Assembly: GCF_009914755.1 (NCBI RefSeq)
Contig: NC_060927.1
DNA length: 64,000 nucleotides
Source: the human T2T-CHM13v2.0 reference genome, Homo sapiens
Reading direction: 5' to 3' (one strand)
Shown here: positions 56,967 through 64,000 of the stretch, in pieces
Layout of the letters: each line of letters opens with the position of its first letter
Numbering within the stretch: the first letter of the stretch is position 1
Made by a program: the position numbers and the translations under genes
Notes under the pieces: model-generated
Told to the model about the DNA's origin: nothing
Seen by the model: the letters and a program-made list of their open reading frames with translations, nothing else
Database searches by the model: none

Positions 56967-59025
56967 CATGATTCAGACCTCTAAATAACATTTTATGAAC
57001 CAGAGTGACAAGATACTCCACCTGGAAGAGTTGTCAATGTCCTTTTTATGAAAGAGTGGTAGATAACTGCTACAACTAAAACCAATCCATTATTTGATAG
57101 ATTAATGCAATACTTCTTCAAGTTAGGGAAACATTTTATATCTAATATACATAAATTTCATAACAGTAAAAAGCAGAAGAGACTGACACTGCATTATGCA
57201 AACCAGGACCTGTGATTACCAGTGTAGCTGTTGATCTGCCTTTAATTAGTTTCTTGTTTTTACTGCAAAATGATGAGTCAAATCAGACTCAATTTTCATT
57301 TCTCCACTAGGATCAGTGGACATTGACAGAATGACACAATTGATTTCAGATCATTTCATGCGACATTCCAATTTATGTAGAATCTGTTCATGAGATAATA
57401 AATGTGCAAGTGCCATGAAAAATACTAAGTACTATACAAATGCAAAGTGGCATTATTATTACATAGAGAGATCTGTCACATTTCATAGGGACTGTGACAA
57501 TAAGTGAGCTAGAAAAAAACAGGCAGCAGAATAAATATGGTAGTGAAGAACGGACTGTCATATTCCTGAATTCTGAGGAGTTCTGAGTGGACAACCAAAT
57601 AGTTGACCCTCAGTCTATTAAAGTCAAAGTCAGATAGACCAAGAACCTTTACTATTATAGGTAAAAATGTTGGTAGTGGTGACAGGGGTGTCAGTTGTCC
57701 TTTCCATTAGGTCCAGTTTGGTAAAAGCATGTATGATCTCAAAACACGAGTGGCAGCCTACTCTCACCCTGTCCCACCCATGTTAGCCTCCCTCCTGATC
57801 TTTGCCCCTAGTTCATGGAAACCCATATCTGGCATGTTTATTCGTTCATCTCCAAGCAATACTATGTGCCAGGAGCACGTAGTAGAATACAGGAGCAAAC
57901 AAACACACACAAAATACCTGGCCTCATGAAGTTTACATTCCAGTAAAGGAGACAACTAATATACTAATTAATTGATTGATTGATTGATTGAAAATTTATT
58001 AGATGCCATGAAGAAAACAGACTATTTTTTAAAATAACATTTCTCATGAATTGACTTTTAAACTGTTCTGTGGCCTTAATAGGCTGTTTGACTTTGGAGG
58101 TGAGGTTGGGTAGATATTAATTTCCTCACATCTGTAAGACAGAGAGATAATTTGTAATATCTATTCCTGTTCCAAATGCTATGTCCATCGATTAAAGACT
58201 AAAAATACCTTTGTGACAGATATGCACAGTTTTAAGATAAAGATTACATTTGTTTTTCAGTGTGGTTTAATCGCTGAGGACAGAGTCAACAATATTTTCC
58301 AAATTAAAATTTGTTCTATCAAAACAAATTCATGAACATGTAAATAATTTTTGATTATTGCTTTGGTACAGTATTAAAATCTGTGTTTTAAGATTTTTAA
58401 GCAAAATAAGGTATTTTTATTTTAACAGATAGCTAACGCATATTTCAAAGTGACTTTTAAGAATTATAGATGTCTTAACCTGAATCATCACCATATTTGC
58501 TCAAAAAATGCTGCACAAACTAGATCCTAAATCTGTAATCTTATGTGGCTGAAGAACAAAAGAAATGTATTCCTCTTTCATCTGTGAAGCAGAAGTTCCC
58601 TCACTGAATATGCGAAAACCAATGGCCATGGCCTTCGACAGCTTCCTCACAACCAATTTCACTCTGTCTCCCTATTCCCATTTGCTGAGCAGATACAAAG
58701 ACATCTGTCAACAGAAAACACAGATTTGATGACATTTGAGGACCAAGGAATGTCCTTTACCCAAAATATCTTCTCTGAGGCCAATGTGTGAGTTCTCACA
58801 ATTAGTGATTTATTCTTCTATGTTATATAGTAGTTATTTCCGGGAAGTAGATAAGGAGAAAATGAGGAAGAGGGGTGAAAACATGGGGAACCCAGGGCTT
58901 GAGTATGTTTGACAGTGACTGTTGGTTGGTGGTGGACTAAAAGATAATAGCTTGATAAGATACTGAGGCCAGGGCCACACAGGGAGTAACTTTATCGTAA
59001 TTTCCCTCAAACTAGAGTGTGAGAC

Positions 59026-59426
59026 GGAGGCAGGAGAATAGAGTGTGGAGGCAGGGAACATAAGGCCAATTCATGCTGACTTCCTAGAACTAAATTAAAT
59101 GGAAACACTTTAGCTATGACAGGAAATATCCTCTCCATTTACATTGGGCATACCCCAAGTAAATGACTGTAACTTTACTTCATCCTCTTCATTTACATAG
59201 GGGATACACCAAGTAACCAATGGAAACCTCTAGAGGGTATTTAAACCCCAGAAAATCCTGTAACAGGGCTCTTGAGCCCCTATGCTCAACCCACTCCCAC
59301 CTGTGAAGCATACTTTCATTTTAAATAAATCTCTGTTTTTGTTGCTTCATTCTTTCCTTGCTTTGTGCGTTCTGTCCAATTCTTTGTTCAAGATGCCAAG
59401 AACCTGGACTCCCTCCACTGGTAACA
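59026..59426 (+). mobile_element. ERV1 solo LTR (MER61-like)
   Basis: GAGGCAGGAGAATAGAGTGTGGAGGCAGGGAACATAAGGCC...CCTCCACTGGTAACA; TSD AGA(C/T). Confidence 0.7.
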
Positions 59427-59669
59427 AGATAAAAGACAGAGTAGGGGGAATAAAGAAAGAAGGGGTTTCAGAGAGAGGAACTTTAAGTCACATTTTATTA
59501 AAACTGATCTTTGCTGTCTGTACCTCTGACATGACAACAAGCCGTTTTCCTTGGTATTTTGCTTTGTTGACATTCTGGTTTGCCATAATTGGTCATCGTT
59601 TCTACTAACGTGACCAAAAATTAAGGTTTGAAAAAATGAGCAATTGTCCAATATATGACTCCTAGGTTT

Positions 59670-60536
59670 TATAAACCAAAACTAAAATTTTAAGCCCCTC
59701 GACCGAATCCATGGACCCATCCTGTAGGCCAAGGGAATTCCAAAGAAACCTGAAAAACTAGTTCAGGCCGTGATAGGTAAGGGTGCTCAAACATGCCTCA
59801 TTATAATCTCCTCTTTTTGGAATTCAGGCACAGCTGATCAGCATTAACATTACAACAGAGGTCTTAGGACTGATCTTTGTAGGAATAAGATACCAAATTC
59901 CAACCTGACTCTGGTGTAGCATCACACGACAGATAGCAGGCCCTGAAAAAAATCAAAGTATTTTACCCCAAAATATATTCCTTTGACATATTTTTAAAGG
60001 CCCTGCAAAGCTGTCTCTTGTGGGGGAAATGCATTTTGCAGAGAATCTCCTTCCCTTTCCAGGTCTTTTTCTGATCCTGAAGAGATTAACTGAGAGTCTA
60101 GAACCTTTTAAAGGTAGGAATAGAAAGCATTTGCCATCTATTGCCTCTAAGGGCAGCCACCTATGCAACTTCATCTACATGATAAGAACCTTGGTCTCCA
60201 CAATCCCATATCTTAACCCAGACACTTGTTTCCACTGATTCCAGGTCTTAGATAATATCAGTTTTAACTAATCATCAATCAGAAAATCTATGAATCCCAC
60301 CCACGCCACTTGCTTCAAGTTGTCCTACCTTTCTGGACCAAATCAATGTATACCTTACGTATGTTGATTGATGTCTTAGGTCTCCCTAAAACATGTAAAA
60401 CCAAGCTGTAACCCAACCACCCCTAGGCATATGTTATCAGGACCTCCTGAGGCAGTGTGACGGGTCACGGTCCTCACATGTGGCTCAGAACAAATCTCTT
60501 CAAGTATTTTACGGAGCTTGGCTTTTTTCATCAATA
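59670..60536 (+). mobile_element. ERV1 solo LTR (MER4-group, MER4D-like)
   Basis: TAAACCAAAA..AAATTTTAAGCCCC start and GGTCCTCACATGTGGCTCAGAA..AAATCTCTTC end. Confidence 0.7.
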
Positions 60537-60690
60537 ATTTCTAGGTAAAAGTTAAAAAGTGAGAGTCCATATTTACTCCCATTTTACCTGCACTAAATCG
60601 CTAGTTTCCCTCCTCCTGTAAGCAAGAAGCTGAATGGCCTACCTCAGCTTCCCTTTACTTATTCAAGTCACTCAAATGCAATGCAGGCAG

Positions 60691-61246
60691 CTTTTACTTT
60701 CTTTCTTTTTTTTGTTTTTCCTATTTTTGTTTAATTTATTTAAGACCACCTCCTCACCATTTCCAGAGAGAAAATACAAAACAAGAAACAGACTTGGTTT
60801 CGAATACATAACCAGGTGCTGGAGTTTAAAGCATTACTGATAACATTGTTACAGAAGAATGGCAGCTTACTTCACGGCACTTCAGTATTCCTGAGGAATA
60901 AACATAATTTCTCTTGTCCTCCCACTGGGATGTTCTCAGGTGAAGTCACTGCTCCTGCTCTTTGACATATTTTCCGTGTAGAAGATATGGAGCCTGGAAA
61001 TCATGTGACAGTTGGAGTAAGCCATTCCTAATCCCATGCCAGAACGGAAGGCTAATGGCCACATTCTTCTTTTAAAGAAGGTGAGAAGACAATTCCTAAT
61101 CCAAAACCAGTGCCTATCTTCACGACCACATCCGCCAGGCACCGGTCCCACTTCCGGCCAAGCTCCAACTCCGACCTGTTCCCCACCGGCGCCTCCAGCT
61201 TTCCTCTTGGCCGGCTTCCCGCTCCAACCCCTGCAAGTCTCGCGAG
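60691..61246 (-). pseudogene. MICOS10P: Processed pseudogene of MICOS10 (MIC10/MINOS1); CDS remnant 60946-61177
   Basis: Intronless remnant reading (R)SELELGRKWDRCLADVVVKIGTGFGLGIVFS/TFFKRRMWPLAFRSGMGLGMAYSNC/HDFQAPYLLHGKYVKEQEQ*. Start ATG is mutated to AGG (61175-61177) and there are two frameshifts. AATAAA at 60735-60740 and an A-rich tail at about 60691-60719. Confidence 0.92.
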
Positions 61247-61805
61247 CTATTTTCTTTAAAAGCATTACCCTTGAAAACTTCCATAGTTTCGGCTCTTAAC
61301 ACCATCAAAATTAGTCTTAATCTCTGAACACATAAAGATAATCCTTTCTTCTCTCTTTCTGCACAATATAGATTTTCAAAACAGAGGGAAATAAAGCACT
61401 TTATTTAGTTCCAGATTTATTGTGTTCCATTTAGGAATGAACTACTATCTGGGTAACCCATGGGATGCCAACTCTATATGGAGAGAATAAACTATTTTAG
61501 CAATGGACCTGGTGTGGCTGAATGAAATGACACTTCAAAATTGTAGGACTGTGGAAAACAAGATATTTGCTTTGTGCCTTAACTTCCTTTCTTATACAAT
61601 ATGAAAATGACCTGTTCAGTGTGTTATAAGAATTGCCAAATGCAATACATTTTTAAAATATAAGGCATAGAATATCTTTATATTTACTCAGATGAGTTTT
61701 GACTCTTCTTTCCTTGGATGTTGGCAGTTTAAATGAGAGAAAGGCAAAAGGTAAACAAAGCTGAAATAAGGATTGTACTTTATTTTGTTTATCACATTTA
61801 AAGAG

Positions 61806-62199
61806 TGTATGAATCCGTTCTTGCACTACTACAAAGAAATACCTGAGACTAGGTAATTTAGAAAGAAGAGAGGTTTAATTGGCTCACGGTTCTGCAGGCT
61901 GTACAGGAACCATGATGGCATTTGCTTCTTGGGAGGCATCAGGAAGCTTCCAATGATAGCAGAAGGCAAAGGAGGAGCCAGCACGTTTTATGTGGCCAGA
62001 GCAGGAGCAGGAGAGCGAAGGTAGAGGTGCTGCACACTTTAAACAACCAGATCACACGAAAACTCACCATCATGAGAACAGCACCAAGGGAGAAATTCGC
62101 CCCCATAATACAATCACCTCCCACCAGGCTCCACCTCTAACATACGGGATTAAAATTCAACATGAAATTTAGGTGGGGACAAAGATCCAAACCATATCA
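61806..62199 (-). mobile_element. MaLR MST-type solo LTR, co-oriented with NEK10
   Basis: Minus strand starts TGATATGGTTTGGATCTTTGTCCCCACC and ends ...CGGATTCATACA; contains GGTTGTTTAAAGTGTG and CCTGCAGAACC|GTGAGCC. Confidence 0.88.
61888..61913 (-). CDS. NEK10: Putative LTR-derived alternative first coding exon segment of NEK10 (MVPVQPAE(P))
   Basis: gccatcATGG strong Kozak at 61913, then ATG GTT CCT GTA CAG CCT GCA GAA CC|GTGAGC. The phase-2 donor matches the phase-2 acceptor of exon A. Confidence 0.65.
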
Positions 62200-62589
62200 G
62201 AAAGTATACCTTGATTGTACCAACACTAAAGTTTCACTGATTTTAAATTGACATACACATTAATTTAAAATTTTTCTCTACTGTCTCAAATTTATGAAAA
62301 GTATAAACTAACCAGCTTTGTGAATGGGGTCATTGAGAAAGAAAAGAAACAGAAAGAAAAGAACCCCTGCCCAAGAGAAGGGTCCTTAATAGTCAAAGAA
62401 AAGACAAATAATTCTAGACAGTATCATTACAAATTCAATACAGTAAATATAGTTGGATAAATATATATTGAGTACTGCAGTCTAAAAACAAAACACATTA
62501 TCTTCAAGGAATTCATAAAACTTACATAAACTTTTCTATATATCAGGTGTGGCAAATTCTTTGGTGATCTATTGAGAAAACACTTTTAC

Positions 62590-63040
62590 TAGTATATATG
62601 CCCTTGTATAGTCCCTCCATACATTATTTCTGGTTTTGGCCATGTGACTGGCTTTAGCCAATGGAACATTAGCAATTGTGATGCATGCCTGTACATGCAG
62701 GCTATATTTTCAGAACTCTACCTCTTGGAACATTCCCTCTCAGATTCCAACCACGATACTGAAAAAACCAAAGCCCAGTCTAGCCATTTAAAGAGAACAC
62801 ATGGAAGTAAACCAAGAACCCAGCCAATATCCCCAGGTAAGCTCCCAGCCAAAAGCCAGTACCAATATCCTCCTTAAAAGAGATTCCTCCCATTCCAGTT
62901 AAGTTGCCCTAGTTAATGCCTCACGGAGCAGAGATAAGCTGTTATTAATAAGCCCTGTTCAAACTGCAGAATTTGAGCAAATAAATTATTATTATTGTAT
63001 TAAACCAATAAGTTGGGGATAAATGCTATGCAATGATTAT
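62590..63040 (+). mobile_element. Old MaLR LTR (MLT1-type)
   Basis: GGCCATGTGACTGGCTTTAGCCAATGGAAC core; GCAGAATTTGAGCAAATAAAT end. Confidence 0.55.
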
Positions 63041-63410
63041 CTGAATCATCAGAGTATGAACAATTTATCAATTTATTCTAAACTATAATTGTACAAGCTG
63101 TATTCTGACATAGTAAAGCCAAATAAAATATAAGCTTTGAATAAAGAGAAAAAACCAAAAACTTTGAAATAAAAAACATTTTATAAATTACTTATGAGTG
63201 ATAAAGATAAAAAAATTTTACTGACAGGCTTCTTAGAAAATAAGGACAATGAAAATGATGACTAACCTCTGATTTTTTTATCTTGCCCAAATTCCTATCT
63301 AAGGCATCTGGTGAGTCATGGCCTCAGATGGGTTTTATTTAACCCTACATATCATGATTTACTTTCCAACCCAACTCTAGCATAACATTACAAAACAAAG
63401 AAGAAAATCC

Positions 63411-63786
63411 TGTATTCGTCCACTCTCGCATTGCTATAAAGAAATCCCTGAGACTGGGTAATTTATAAAGAAAAAAGTTTTAAGTGGCGCACAGGCTATA
63501 GAAGAGGCATGACTGTGGAGGCCTTAGGGAACTTTGACTCATGGCAGAAGGTAAAGTGGGAGCAGGCATCTTCGCATGGCCAGAGCAGGAGGAAGAGAGA
63601 GAGTAGGGAGGTGTCACACACTTTTAAACAATGAGATCTTGTGAGAACTCTATCACAAAAACAGCACCACCAAAGTGGGACATCCGCCCCCATGACCCAA
63701 TCACCTCCTACCAGGCCCCACCTCAAACACTGGGAATTACAATCCAACATGAGATTTGGGTGGGGACACAAATCCAAATCATGTCA
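63411..63786 (-). mobile_element. MaLR MST/THE1-type solo LTR, preceded by a MER4-group fragment (about 63255-63410)
   Basis: GCTATAAAGAAATCCCTGAGACTGGGTAATTTATAAAG...GAGATTTGGGTGGGGACACAAATCCAAATCATGTCA. Confidence 0.85.
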
Positions 63787-63947
63787 CTTCCCAACTCATT
63801 CTGTGAGGTCAGTATTAACCTGCTACAAAACCCAGGCAAGTAAAATCACAAGAAAGAAAACAGACCAATATCCCTTATAAATATAGACACAAAAATATTC
63901 AATAAAATACTAGTAAACTGAACCCAGCAACATATAAAAAGAATTAC

Positions 63948-64000
63948 AGTAGTACCCCCTTATCCAGGGAAAATATGTTCTAAGACCCCCAGTGGATGCC
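63948..64000 (+). mobile_element. Start of a TcMar-Tigger family element (truncated by the window end), after a short L1 fragment (63787-63945)
   Basis: TA|CAGTAGTACCCCCTTATCC...AAGACCCCCAGTGGATGCC. Confidence 0.6.

Noticed and set aside
59140-59165. p53 site in the MER61-like LTR (some MER61 subfamilies carry them)
   Set aside because: GGGCATACCC breaks the CWWG core and no adjacent good half-site is visible.
60936-61265. 109-aa ORF as a functional MIC10 paralogue
   Set aside because: Only the middle matches MIC10; the start codon is lost and two frameshifts are present.
63411-63786. Second MST/THE1 LTR as another first exon
   Set aside because: The segment that carries the ATG/GTGAGC donor in the 61.9-kb LTR is deleted or mutated here.

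Overview
This is primate (almost certainly human) genomic DNA. It is a repeat-dense stretch of the NIMA-related kinase gene NEK10, transcribed on the minus strand. Eight coding exons between 48714 and 8618 splice by hand into one continuous frame with GT-AG boundaries. They encode kinase subdomains VIII(end)-XI, a coiled-coil-like segment and an acidic/Ser-rich region. The rest is intron filled with Alus, L1s (two with twin-priming 5' inversions), ERV1/MaLR solo LTRs, Tigger/hAT DNA transposons, L2/MIR remnants and a MICOS10 (MIC10/MINOS1) processed pseudogene. Main findings: (1) an MST-type LTR at about 62 kb supplies a strong-Kozak ATG and a phase-matched splice donor that join in frame to the kinase C-lobe exon, predicting an LTR-driven, catalytically dead NEK10 isoform; (2) a 29-bp tandem duplication copies a splice donor, and use of the second copy introduces a stop; (3) a duplicated acceptor likewise yields an immediate stop; (4) inverted L1 ends flank a 201-nt two-exon block that would form a stop-free circular ORF; (5) a candidate in-frame alternative last exon lies at about 12 kb; (6) several fold-back (template-switch) hairpins occur, including a 42-bp stem in Tigger2a. 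Repeat subfamily names come from recalled consensus sequences and need RepeatMasker/Dfam confirmation. No prokaryotic features are present.
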